Of a stretch of 64,000 bases of DNA, positions 52,032 to 61,691 are shown piece after piece (the stretch's first letter is position 1; each line of letters starts with the position of its first letter). Under the pieces are notes generated by a model, which was not told the origin of the DNA, did no database searches, and worked only from the letters and a program-made list of their open reading frames with translations. Where the stretch lies: positions 96,001 through 160,000 of the forward strand of contig OY759353.1 in assembly GCA_963662315.1 (NCBI GenBank), given 5' to 3'. Made by a program: the position numbers and the translations under genes. The DNA comes from Geopsychrobacteraceae bacterium (GTDB lineage Bacteria; Desulfobacterota; Desulfuromonadia; Desulfuromonadales; Geopsychrobacteraceae).

Positions 52032-54239
52032 TCAAGCGTCAAATGTGGAAAATGATGTGCCGTTCTGCAGCAGCCTGCTAAATTCATGCTCTGGTAACGG
52101 CTTGCTGAACAGGTAACCCTGATAGATAGTACACCCTTTTTCTTCCAGAAAATTCAGCTCATACTGGGTTTCGACACCTTCTGCGATAACCTTGAGGTCA
52201 AGGTGTTTTGCCATAGAGATGATGGTGTCGACAATTGCTGCGTCATTAACATCGTTTTCTATATCACGCACAAAGGACTGGTCGATCTTCAGAATATCGA
52301 GGGGCATTTTTTTTAGATAGGCCAAGGACGAATAGCCAGTTCCAAAGTCATCAATCGACAGCTCAATGCCAAGATCTTTCAGTCCCCGCATTTTTTCAAT
52401 GGTATCAACGATATTGTCAATCACCATGCCCTCGGTCAATTCCAGCCCCAGCTGGCCGGGGTCGGCGCCGGTATCACTCAGAATCTGTTTGACCTGGCTG
52501 ATGAAATTTGGCTGGCGGAATTGGCGTGGACTGACGTTGACGGCCAGATGATGTATGCTGTGACCCCTGTCGCTCCAAATCTTCAGCTGCTGACAGGCCG
52601 TTTTTAAAACCCATTCACCGATAGGCAGAATCAGTCCGGTGACCTCAGCTACCGGGATAAATACGGCAGGCGAGATGAATCCTTTTTCGGGATGATTCCA
52701 GCGGATCAGAGTCTCTGCGCCGACAATGTTGCCGTTACTGTTGACCTGCGGCTGGAAGAATAGGCTCAACTGGCCTCGTTCCAGTGCGTAGCGCAATTCT
52801 TTTTCAATCGCCAGCCGCGAATCGGCTGCCTGCTGCATACTTGGCAGGAAGAATCTGATGGTGTCGCGGCCATCCTCTTTAGCCCGGTACATTGCGGTAT
52901 CTGCGTAACGCAGAATATCTATTCCCGATTCTCCCTGTTGCGGTGTCATCTCTTCACACGGGAACATAGCGACACCAATGCTTGGTGATATGTGTAATTC
53001 GTGACCGGAAATTCTATAGACTTCCGCCAGGTTGGCTTTAATCTGCTCTGCCTTGCTTTGGGCCATGGCGATCGCGATGGATTCGTCATCTCCCAGATCG
53101 CTTAATAATACAACAAATTCATCACCACCGAGGCGCGAAACCGTATCCTCTGTTCTTAAACCAAGGTTCAGACGGCGGGCAACCTCTTTAAGCAGGGCAT
53201 CTCCGATGGGGTGTCCCAAAGAATCATTGATATTCTTGAAACGATCCAGGTCCAGATAAAGCATGGCGCCGAAGTGACCGTAGCGCCGGACCCGGCTGAT
53301 AATCTGTTCCAGACGATTCAGCAGTAGTCTACGGTTAGGAAGATCCGTAAGCGCATCGTAGTAGGCCAGATATTCAATTTGTTCTTCAGCCTGTTTGCGC
53401 TCTGTAACGTCGCGCAATGTGCCACAGATTATATTTGCTCCCTTTACCAGTTCCTGCTGGAAGGTGGCATTAAGTGAACAGGGGATGCGGTGACCATTTT
53501 TGTCGTTCAGCTCTATTTCAAAATCAGTCAGCCGATCCTCCGCCCGTAACCGGCGGAACAGATACTCTCTTTGCAGGCTGTCTGGAAACAGGCTGCTGAT
53601 ATTTTTATTCAGAATGTCAAGGCGATTGTAGGACGATATTTTGGATATGGATGGACTTATTTCAAGTATTTTCCCTTCCATATCGATTTCAAGATAAACG
53701 TCCTGGAGGTTTTCAAATATAGAGCGGTATTTCTCTTCGCTGAGTTTGAGGTTGAGGTGCGACTGATTAAGATCTTTAACCGCTTTTTGCAGGGCCTCGG
53801 TCCGTTTGGTGACTTCCTCCTCGAGGTTCTCCTGGTATATACGGTTTTCTACGATCAGGCGAGACCGTTCAATGGCTTGATTAATGGCATGGAGCAGTAC
53901 CGACATGTCCTGAATCGGCTTAAGCAGATAGTTCCAAGCTCCTTTATGAATCGCTTCAATCGCATCGCCGATAATACCAGTACCGGAGACAACGACGATG
54001 GGAGTGTCTGGTGAAGCATTTTTAATATGTTCAAGAACTTCGAGACCGTCAACTTCCGGCATCCGCAAGTCACAAAGGACTAGATCTGGTTTCTCTCGAT
54101 GGAAAATTTCCAGCCCGTCACGACCGTTTTCAGCTTCGAGAACCTGAAAGTCGAAATCTTCTAAAAACAGCCGGAAGCTGTCTCGGATATCCTCTTCGTC
54201 ATCAATGGTCAGGATAACCGGGCTTTTGCGAGGTTCCAT
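52032..54239 (-). CDS. REC-PAS-GGDEF-EAL response regulator
   Basis: IDDE and CDLRMP receiver motifs; PAS ending RDVTERK; RLGGDEF; ETLIRW and DDFGTGYSSL. Confidence 0.95.
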   Translation of the reverse strand: MEPRKSPVILTIDDEEDIRDSFRLFLEDFDFQVLEAENGRDGLEIFHREKPDLVLCDLRMPEVDGLEVLEHIKNASPDTPIVVVSGTGIIGDAIEAIHKGAWNYLLKPIQDMSVLLHAINQAIERSRLIVENRIYQENLEEEVTKRTEALQKAVKDLNQSHLNLKLSEEKYRSIFENLQDVYLEIDMEGKILEISPSISKISSYNRLDILNKNISSLFPDSLQREYLFRRLRAEDRLTDFEIELNDKNGHRIPCSLNATFQQELVKGANIICGTLRDVTERKQAEEQIEYLAYYDALTDLPNRRLLLNRLEQIISRVRRYGHFGAMLYLDLDRFKNINDSLGHPIGDALLKEVARRLNLGLRTEDTVSRLGGDEFVVLLSDLGDDESIAIAMAQSKAEQIKANLAEVYRISGHELHISPSIGVAMFPCEEMTPQQGESGIDILRYADTAMYRAKEDGRDTIRFFLPSMQQAADSRLAIEKELRYALERGQLSLFFQPQVNSNGNIVGAETLIRWNHPEKGFISPAVFIPVAEVTGLILPIGEWVLKTACQQLKIWSDRGHSIHHLAVNVSPRQFRQPNFISQVKQILSDTGADPGQLGLELTEGMVIDNIVDTIEKMRGLKDLGIELSIDDFGTGYSSLAYLKKMPLDILKIDQSFVRDIENDVNDAAIVDTIISMAKHLDLKVIAEGVETQYELNFLEEKGCTIYQGYLFSKPLPEHEFSRLLQNGTSFSTFDA

Positions 54240-54371
54240 GAATAATAGCCTTTGCCACCACCGAGAGGTGCGTGACCTGGTTGTATGAGTTAAGTCAAAG
54301 GCTGTCGCGGTCCTAAACCGTTAAGCCTCTATCGACGCATATATGTCTAATTTTGTAGTTTTTCTCATGAT

Positions 54372-54400
54372 ATTATGCAGATAGAAACCTTATTAGTCAA
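54372..54400 (-). promoter_or_regulatory. sigma70-type promoter for the GGDEF/EAL gene
   Basis: Minus strand TTGACT-N17-CATAAT. Confidence 0.6.
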
Positions 54401-54437
54401 ATTTAATTTCTTCAGGGCGATGGTTTTTTTAAGCATA

Positions 54438-54842
54438 TCACAAATCACCAGTTAGTTTTTGCAGGGTGAAAAGTTTTGGATTAACGCTAATGATTTCGGC
54501 AACAATTTCAGAAAATTGCTGAAAATCTACATTTTCTTCAGTATCGGTCCCCTGAAAATAACGATAACCATGAGGTAACGCGCTATACTTCCCATCGTAA
54601 AGCAGGGTCAGGTCAACCAGATCATTAACCCGACCACTGGTTTCCCATGGATCACGATAATTATACTGGCGAGCGGTGATCTGCAAGGCCAGACTGTTTA
54701 TGAATACGGCGCGGACCTCAAATGAAAAGTCGCGCGGTGAGCCATAATATTCATTGCGGCCCGACCTGCTGCGGACCTTTGCTCCAAGGTTTTCAAGATA
54801 TTCAGTGAATGATTCTTCAGACATGGGTAGCTGTTCAGGCAT
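54438..54842 (-). CDS. hypothetical protein (about 134 aa)
   Basis: ATG 54842 overlaps the upstream stop, GGGAG RBS; protein-like composition; family not recognised. Confidence 0.75.
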   Translation of the reverse strand: MPEQLPMSEESFTEYLENLGAKVRSRSGRNEYYGSPRDFSFEVRAVFINSLALQITARQYNYRDPWETSGRVNDLVDLTLLYDGKYSALPHGYRYFQGTDTEENVDFQQFSEIVAEIISVNPKLFTLQKLTGDL

Positions 54843-56094
54843 CAATTTGTCTCCCGTCATTATGTCGATTCTGGCCTATTATCCTGATGTTCCTGGGCGA
54901 ATCAGGGGGGGCAAGAAACAGCTCCACACCCCAGGTCGCTGGTTTCTGCCCATCAGGGGAGAGTACCCATAGGGTAGGGATGTCGCAGGTTTCGGGGGCA
55001 GTTCCATAGCCGTCGGTCAGATAGATGATGGCTCCTGGACGGGGATTCTGGTGGCTTGCGTAGTCGAACGCTGGCCGAAAATCGGTATAGCCACCCCCGC
55101 GAAACACCTCGATGATCTGAGGGGATCCTGTGAATGATTCTATTTTCTGAATACGGCTGCCACAGTAAAGCACTGTGATTCTGCTCTGCCGTGCCCTGGT
55201 GATGTGCATAAGTTCACAGGCAAATGCTTCTCTTAGCGTCTGCGTATCGGTTGAATCGCTGACATCTATCGCCACCAGCAGATTCAAATATTGTTGCTTG
55301 CGATGACCTGGAGTCCTCTGCCCGAAACGGCGATGGGGGCGAGTCCAGGTTGTCGTTGCCCCAACCCTGCCGGCGGTGCCAATAAATTGTCTGAGAATCT
55401 GCTGCCAGGGAATTTTAGGGGGAGCCAAATACTGAGCAAGTAGATTTTTCAGGTCTGCTTCAAGCTCTTGATGACATTTTTTCCAAGCACTTTGGACCAT
55501 TTGCCTGACGACTTGCTCAGCCAGCGCCAGGGGGGTCCGATCAGCTTCCTGCCAGTAACTATGGTCATCAACAGGCTGGAACTGCTGCGAGGCTTGCGTC
55601 AGTTGGCCTGTCGATTTTTGCCCCATGTCAGTCATCGTCTGATTGTTTCCATGACCAGCTTTTTTCAGTTTCCCAAGAACCGGCATAAGTGTCAGGCGTT
55701 GATAATATTCTTCGGCGGCAAGCCCTGAAGGGAACTTGAATTTCGATGGCTGAGGGGCTTCTGGTGGCAGATTGTCAATGCTTGGATTAATGGCAAGGTC
55801 ACAGGCTAGATCCCAGGCCCACTGCTGCCTCTCTTTGCGTCGACTGGGGTGAAGATGCAGAACATGCTTTACCAGATGCTCAAGCATGGCAACCCGTTCG
55901 GCATCGCTGAACAACGCATACCGGGCCGGATTAATGAACAGGGTCGGAGTGCCGTCACATATTGTAACCGCCAGGGCCTGTTCTGTTGACATTGTCCGAC
56001 GGCGAAACTGCAGCAAAAAGTGACCGTAAAAAGGCCGGTGTTTTAGCAGCTGGACAACTGTATTCTGTAGAAGCCGCAATGGATCAGGCGACAT
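54835..56094 (-). CDS. DUF2201-like metallopeptidase-like domain + VWA-like domain protein
   Basis: PFYGHFL, ACDLAIN, AEEYY, DDHSYW, AIDVSDS (MIDAS), GGGYTDFRP, IYLTDGYG. Confidence 0.85.
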   Translation of the reverse strand: MSPDPLRLLQNTVVQLLKHRPFYGHFLLQFRRRTMSTEQALAVTICDGTPTLFINPARYALFSDAERVAMLEHLVKHVLHLHPSRRKERQQWAWDLACDLAINPSIDNLPPEAPQPSKFKFPSGLAAEEYYQRLTLMPVLGKLKKAGHGNNQTMTDMGQKSTGQLTQASQQFQPVDDHSYWQEADRTPLALAEQVVRQMVQSAWKKCHQELEADLKNLLAQYLAPPKIPWQQILRQFIGTAGRVGATTTWTRPHRRFGQRTPGHRKQQYLNLLVAIDVSDSTDTQTLREAFACELMHITRARQSRITVLYCGSRIQKIESFTGSPQIIEVFRGGGYTDFRPAFDYASHQNPRPGAIIYLTDGYGTAPETCDIPTLWVLSPDGQKPATWGVELFLAPPDSPRNIRIIGQNRHNDGRQIDA

Positions 56095-57145
56095 CCTGGC
56101 TGATGTGACGGATGGTGTCGAGTATAGTGTCATCGTATTTATCCTGACAAAGGATATTTGCAACAGCAGGGATGCGGAGCAGGGCTTTCACCAGGCCGAA
56201 GCGCATGTCGCGCGGGAGAATATCTATGTAGGCGACCAGGTTGTCCTGACGGGCTGGGTTAAGTTCCGGATTCTGCTGCAGGACATGGATCAGGTCATGC
56301 ATGGTCGCCGCTTGAATGTCATCCCTTTGTCCCTGTGCCTGATCTGCAACCTGTGCCCAGTTGTTCAGAATGTCGGTTGCCTGAAGATGTCTGTCGTGCT
56401 GTTCAGCACACCATTGCAGGAAACTGACTGCTGCTTCACGTCCAATCACACCACTATAAACTTCCATTTCCAGTTCCTTGGGAAAACGGCACTGCTGGCG
56501 CAGGGTGCTGACCATTTCCCAAGACCGTTCTGAGGGCTCAATCTGCATATCCATAGGGGGGTTGTTTAAGGACAGGAACTGTTCGTTGGCCGTAATAAAC
56601 TGGCGGACCATCGTGTCATAGTTTTCCTGTGACGCATGGCGCGACCAGCATTGCGCATCGGTTTCAACCATAATGACAACCATCCGGTCTAGTAGTGCCC
56701 GGTCAAGGGGGGCGACCTGATAAGTTCCGTCAGGAGGATTGATGGCGACTACAACCCGATGCTGAGGTGAAAGTTTATGGGTATGAAGTGCTCGTTGCTG
56801 CCCTTCTGCGGGGGGTTCCACAAATTGAAAAATGGCCTGTAGAGTGTCTTCCTGCTGGGCGCGGTTGAGTTCATCACAGTGAATGACTGTAGATGCGGCA
56901 TCATGGGTCGGCCACCAACAGGGGCGTGACCAGTGCATGACGTCACCATCGCGATAGGGAATGCCAACCAGGTCTCCAACTTCCATCTGCCCAAGACGCA
57001 GTGGTATATATGCCTTGCCGAGATCACGACAGGTTTGGATGATCCCGGCCGTTTTGCCGACGCCACGATGCCCTACGACACAGGGAGTTAAGTCTGTTTT
57101 CGTCAAGATTTCTTTCAGAACGATTTTCATCTGATCGATATTCAT
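56084..57145 (-). CDS. MoxR-like AAA+ ATPase
   Basis: Walker A GHRGVGKT, Walker B CDELNRA, AINP, LDRALLDR, SERSWE. Confidence 0.88.
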   Translation of the reverse strand: MNIDQMKIVLKEILTKTDLTPCVVGHRGVGKTAGIIQTCRDLGKAYIPLRLGQMEVGDLVGIPYRDGDVMHWSRPCWWPTHDAASTVIHCDELNRAQQEDTLQAIFQFVEPPAEGQQRALHTHKLSPQHRVVVAINPPDGTYQVAPLDRALLDRMVVIMVETDAQCWSRHASQENYDTMVRQFITANEQFLSLNNPPMDMQIEPSERSWEMVSTLRQQCRFPKELEMEVYSGVIGREAAVSFLQWCAEQHDRHLQATDILNNWAQVADQAQGQRDDIQAATMHDLIHVLQQNPELNPARQDNLVAYIDILPRDMRFGLVKALLRIPAVANILCQDKYDDTILDTIRHISQDVA

Positions 57146-57195
57146 AATAAATCCATTTTGGTGCTTTTATGAAATAATACTGAAGTTGTCAGCTA

Positions 57196-57224
57196 TTGAT
57201 AGCATAGCATCGAAATAGGTGCAA
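57196..57224 (-). promoter_or_regulatory. possible promoter of the AAA-VWA operon
   Basis: Minus strand TTGCAC-N17-TATCAA with TG extension. Confidence 0.4.
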
Positions 57225-57382
57225 GCCTGGCCATGCTGCCAGGGAATTGCTAACTTTTTATTGGGGCGTGACGGAGAAGATCCTGGCCGACAATTGCGCT
57301 GACAAAAACAAAGTCCGACAGGAAATAAGCTCTCGGCCGGACTGCTTTAGATTTTTGGAGCTGTATGGACAGATGACAGCGT

Positions 57383-58621
57383 CTAGCTGACCAGGGAGTG
57401 GATAATTTTTTCTGTTTCCATACGGAGAATTTCAACAGCTTCTTCAGTAATGAAAAACTTATTGACGATATCTGTGGGAATTTGCCGTATGACAGAATCC
57501 CCGTTAGAGCCATAGTTGAAGTTGTAGCTGAGCAGATTTGCTGCGAATGTCGCACTGATAATATCCTGCTCCATTGGCGTGTTTTGCGGAGCATGGTGCC
57601 AATAAATAGCATTGACAATAAAAGGTGGCAGCGCCCACCATTCAGCCAGGAATCCACCCAGTTCGGCATGATCGGTGTTGTACTGATTACGCTCGGCAGT
57701 CTCTAGCGGGATTTTATTCAGTTTGGATGCCATGATCGCATGCTCAAATTTATCCGCAAAGAAAGATGCAGTCACCAGCTTCCCCATATCGTGGAGCAAC
57801 CCGGCTACAAACGCTCGATCATGGCGCATAGTATCCGCAGGATAGACTGTTTTTATCAGTAGCCTGCTCAGACACGCCGAGGCCATTGAATGTTTCTGGA
57901 AACGTTTGAAATCAAAGCCTTTAACTTTGATCACTTTGTCAGAGATGGCCCGGTTGACCGCTTCAGACAAGATGAGATTTTCAACGATATCTGTTCCGAG
58001 AACGATAATTGCTTTTTTGATCGTATCAACCTGAAAGCGTTGGCCAAATAACGCCGAATTGGCCCACCGCAACAGAATGCTGGTCAATGACACGTCTTGA
58101 CCGATATACTGCGCCATTTTTTCAACATCAACATCATCGGCGGTGATACAGGAGCGGACATTGTTATAGCTTTCCGGTAATGAGGGCAATAACGGTATTG
58201 AATTGATCAGTTGTTGAAACTCTGGACTGTGTTTCTTCTGCTGCTCTGTCTGACGGATAGCGCTTCGGATAACCTCTTTGAATTCCTGGTCAACCCATGG
58301 TATGGCGATCAGTTGCTGGGCAATGCCTTCAGCGAGTGCTTTGATAACCGTATCCTGGGAATTAAAGGCGGTAAGGATAATTCTGGTTACAGTTGAAAAG
58401 TGCTGTTTGACCGTCGTCAGTAACTCGATACCATGGCCATCTTCGAGGTCCGTATCCGTAACAATCAGATCAATGCTTTGATCCTTCAAAACTTCAAGCG
58501 CATTGATTGTGCTATTGGCAAAAATAATTGTCCACGCTTCATCACACAGCAGAGCGTGTATTGCCTGGCAGACGTCAGAGCTTTTCTCAACAAATAAGAT
58601 GGATGGTTTCGAGGCGGACAT
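57383..58621 (-). CDS. REC-HDOD domain protein
   Basis: N-terminal receiver; LPSLP, ILLRWANSALFG, AIIVLG, AGLLHDMGK, DHAELGG...WALP. Confidence 0.9.
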   Translation of the reverse strand: MSASKPSILFVEKSSDVCQAIHALLCDEAWTIIFANSTINALEVLKDQSIDLIVTDTDLEDGHGIELLTTVKQHFSTVTRIILTAFNSQDTVIKALAEGIAQQLIAIPWVDQEFKEVIRSAIRQTEQQKKHSPEFQQLINSIPLLPSLPESYNNVRSCITADDVDVEKMAQYIGQDVSLTSILLRWANSALFGQRFQVDTIKKAIIVLGTDIVENLILSEAVNRAISDKVIKVKGFDFKRFQKHSMASACLSRLLIKTVYPADTMRHDRAFVAGLLHDMGKLVTASFFADKFEHAIMASKLNKIPLETAERNQYNTDHAELGGFLAEWWALPPFIVNAIYWHHAPQNTPMEQDIISATFAANLLSYNFNYGSNGDSVIRQIPTDIVNKFFITEEAVEILRMETEKIIHSLVS

Positions 58622-58790
58622 GCTGGTAACCCTTAGCCGTAAGGTTCACCCCCAAAGCGTAAAATTACTACTCAGGGAGATAAATGTTTTCAATTGAAGT
58701 TGCAGGAGCCAAAGAGTGTTGCATAGTTTGTATAAAATGTTGATACCTTTTTATTTATACCAGGGATTTTGAGCAATATCAGGTAGTAAA

Positions 58791-58834
58791 AATAAAAAAA
58801 CAGGCTCTAAATCTGGTATGAGATTCAGAGCCTG
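58791..58834 (-). terminator. Rho-independent terminator after the SH3 gene
   Basis: CAGGCTCT...AGAGCCTG stem followed by T7 on the minus strand. Confidence 0.75.
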
Positions 58835-58862
58835 ATGATATTTTGGATAAATGCAGAATCCG

Positions 58863-59543
58863 TCAGAAACGAGAAAAGCCTCGTTGTTTTTTACGTGAGA
58901 TCTTTCCGATCAGCCAGCCAAAAAAGAATACTCCACCACCTGCTAAAAACCACTGAATCATGTTTGAGCGGTGAAAGTCACTGTTTTCTTCGCGCAAAAT
59001 AAGCAGTTCATTGTTGAGCTGTTTGTTTTGCTCTATCAGTGCTTCATTCTCCTCACTCAGGGAAATGACATTTTGAGAATTTTTCAACAACAGCTCGTAA
59101 TCGTCCTGGACCTTGTGCAAGCTTTTACGGGTGGCTTCAAGTTGAGTTGACAGGGAGGACTTTTCCTCTTCACTGGAGCTCGCTTCAGCCATCTTGGTTT
59201 GAGCAACTTCCTGCTGCTTGGCCAATTCTCCCTGTAGTGAGCTGATCTGCGCTTTTAACTGTTCAATCTGCACTGATTTGGGGAGAGCTGATGAAATATA
59301 TTGAGTTAACGCGTAACCTTCGTTCCCTTTAGGGGTGCGAACTTTAAGGTAGGTATCCCCCTCTTCAAGAACCTGAACTTTGGTTCCTGTCTTAAGCGTT
59401 TCAATAATCTGGTAGTTGGTCCCTTGACCCGTTCTGACTGTTATAACAAGAGTATCTGCAACATAGCGGGTGTCGGCCCAGCCCGGTGTGGTTGTGACAG
59501 CGATAAAGCAGATAATAAAAATTATCGGGGCGAAACATTTCAT
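58863..59543 (-). CDS. SH3-domain coiled-coil membrane protein (YgiM/TIGR04211-like)
   Basis: Signal peptide, TRYVAD...VRTGQGTNYQII, coiled coil, C-terminal WFLAGGGVFFFGWLIG. Confidence 0.88.
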   Translation of the reverse strand: MKCFAPIIFIICFIAVTTTPGWADTRYVADTLVITVRTGQGTNYQIIETLKTGTKVQVLEEGDTYLKVRTPKGNEGYALTQYISSALPKSVQIEQLKAQISSLQGELAKQQEVAQTKMAEASSSEEEKSSLSTQLEATRKSLHKVQDDYELLLKNSQNVISLSEENEALIEQNKQLNNELLILREENSDFHRSNMIQWFLAGGGVFFFGWLIGKISRKKQRGFSRF

Positions 59544-59657
59544 TCTGTTCTCCTTGGCGTATCTTCTTATCATTTATGGAACCAACCGGGATATTACAAA
59601 GGGAAGCAGGTTAATTCAAGCCTTCATTCCCGGATTTGGAAAGATCATTAAAATTAG

Positions 59658-60896
59658 TCAGATCAGCAGTGCCGCAACCGCTGCTGTCATACTGGTGGCA
59701 AGAGTTCCAGCAAGCAGGGAGCGTAGCCCAAGGGTTATAATCTCATGACGTCTTTGTGGGACCATGGCGCTCATGCCACCAATCATAATCCCCAGACTGC
59801 CTGGGTTGGCAAACCCACATAAGGCGTAGCTCATAATATACAGGCTGCGCTGACTCAAGGTCCCCGGGGTCAATTGTGCCATGTCCAGGTACGCAATAAA
59901 TTCGTTGATGACTGTTTTTGTCCCGAACAGCGCTCCGGCTGCCTGGGTTTCTTGCCAGGGGATGCCGATGAGCCAGGTAAGCGGAGCCAGAATGAAGCCG
60001 AAAATCTGTTGTAAAGTCAACGGCTCTTCCGTTCCGGGAAGCAGCGCCAGCAGGGTATTGCAGATAAATACCAGTGCAACCATGACGATAATCATGGCCA
60101 TAATATTGATCAGCAGTTCGATCCCCAGGGTTGTTCCCTTGGCAATAGCGTCAATGCTGCTGCGCGTGTCCGAGTCGAGGCTGAGGTTCCCCTGGGTCGC
60201 CTGTCCCGTTTCGGGTACCATGATTTTGGCAATGACAACCGCTGCCGGAGCACTGATCAGGGATGCCGTCAAAATATGTCCCATGATATCGGGCAGCAAG
60301 GGGCTGAGAATGCTGGCGTAAAGAACCATTACGGTGCCGGCAATGGTAGCCATGCCACAGGTCATCAAGGAAAACAGTTCACTGCGGGTCATCGTTGCCA
60401 GGTACGGGCGGATAATTAGAGGTGATTCGACCATGCCAACAAAAATATTCGCGGTAATGCCCAGACTTTCTGCTCCACCCAGGCGCATGCTGCGGGAAAA
60501 GATCCAGGCAAATATGCGCACGACAGCCGGCAGTATTTTCCAGTAGAACAGCAGCGACGATAGGGCGCTCACTAACAGCACCAGCGGCAAACCACGAAAG
60601 GCAAGAATATATGCTGCCCCCGGAAACGCTTCACTAAAGGGTAGGGGGGCACCGCCGAGGTAACCAAAAATCATCGATGTTCCTGCTTCCGTCGCCTTTT
60701 GCAAGGTCAGAACCAGGCGATTCAGGTTGAAAAACAGATTGCTAAGAACTGGAATCCTGAGCAGTATCAATGCCAGGAACAGCTGTAGGACAACTCCGCT
60801 GATGGCTATCCTGAGTGGGAACAGGCGCCGGTTCTCGCTGAGGAGCCAGGCCATCGCAATAAAACCGAAAAGTCCCAGAATTGGCTGTATCCACAT
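59658..60896 (-). CDS. NupC/CNT nucleoside:cation symporter
   Basis: NIFVGMVESPL, GMATIAG, KTVINEFIAY, YALCGFAN; ATG 60896. Confidence 0.93.
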   Translation of the reverse strand: MWIQPILGLFGFIAMAWLLSENRRLFPLRIAISGVVLQLFLALILLRIPVLSNLFFNLNRLVLTLQKATEAGTSMIFGYLGGAPLPFSEAFPGAAYILAFRGLPLVLLVSALSSLLFYWKILPAVVRIFAWIFSRSMRLGGAESLGITANIFVGMVESPLIIRPYLATMTRSELFSLMTCGMATIAGTVMVLYASILSPLLPDIMGHILTASLISAPAAVVIAKIMVPETGQATQGNLSLDSDTRSSIDAIAKGTTLGIELLINIMAMIIVMVALVFICNTLLALLPGTEEPLTLQQIFGFILAPLTWLIGIPWQETQAAGALFGTKTVINEFIAYLDMAQLTPGTLSQRSLYIMSYALCGFANPGSLGIMIGGMSAMVPQRRHEIITLGLRSLLAGTLATSMTAAVAALLI

Positions 60897-61168
60897 GATG
60901 GGGGTCTCTCTTGGCGTGAATCTGACGCTACCCGTCTGGATTATTACACAGGTAACTGTCTGTACACTACTTAATGCCGGTAAAATGTGCTTTATAGCAG
61001 AACTTAACGGATTTGGCCAACCTCTAAAAGTACAATTGTTTTTATCTAACTTGATAGATTTACTTGAGTTATACATTTTCTATGAGGACAGGACCCGGTT
61101 TGCCGAGTATACTATCTTTAGTATGAGCTGTTATTTCAACCATTATTGATTCGGGGGGTAGTATCGTT

Positions 61169-61672
61169 ATGCTACGAGTTGTTGTGCTGTTTCTTCTCCT
61201 GTTGTTCCTGTTTGGCTGTACAGGGAGTTTTACCCGGATTGCCAATTCTGATAAAACCATCTCGGCCAGTGGTGAAGTTCCCGGACAGACCCGTGAGCAG
61301 CTGTTTGGCGGGACGAAGGTCTGGATGGAAGAAAATTTTGCGGTGATGGCAAAGCCGATCGTGGATGAGGATTATCGCGCTGCGGTGGTGGTCGGTAATG
61401 GCCAGATCGATTATCCCTGTTCCTTTATCAGCTGTTTGACAAAGTCAGGTTGGAAGGTTTCCTTTATGATGAAGGTCAGGGCCGACAATGAGGTCATTGA
61501 AACGACATTTTGGAATGTGACTTTGCTCTCATCGGAGCAGAATGGTGATAGGCTGTATGCACAAGGAATGGCGTCACCGGTTTGGTCGGTGCGGGATATG
61601 AACGCAATCAGGCCGTTATTACTGGACCTTCATACGGAGTTGTTGCGGACTCTGCGCAAGGCAGGGTTCTGA
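61169..61672 (+). CDS. putative lipoprotein (DUF4468-like)
   Basis: Hydrophobic signal ending in lipobox LFGC. Confidence 0.7.
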   Translation: MLRVVVLFLLLLFLFGCTGSFTRIANSDKTISASGEVPGQTREQLFGGTKVWMEENFAVMAKPIVDEDYRAAVVVGNGQIDYPCSFISCLTKSGWKVSFMMKVRADNEVIETTFWNVTLLSSEQNGDRLYAQGMASPVWSVRDMNAIRPLLLDLHTELLRTLRKAGF

Positions 61673-61691
61673 GGTTCCGGATGGCAACCCG

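Noticed and set aside
54250..54285. GGTCACGCAC and GGCAAA on the minus strand resembling a c-di-GMP-I (GEMM) riboswitch
   Set aside because: Lacks the GNRA-capped P2 stem, the GCAAAGC junction and the receptor stem in the required order.
57200..57255. sigma54 -24/-12 promoter candidates (TGGC...TTGC)
   Set aside because: The GG-to-GC spacing is not the required 10 nt.
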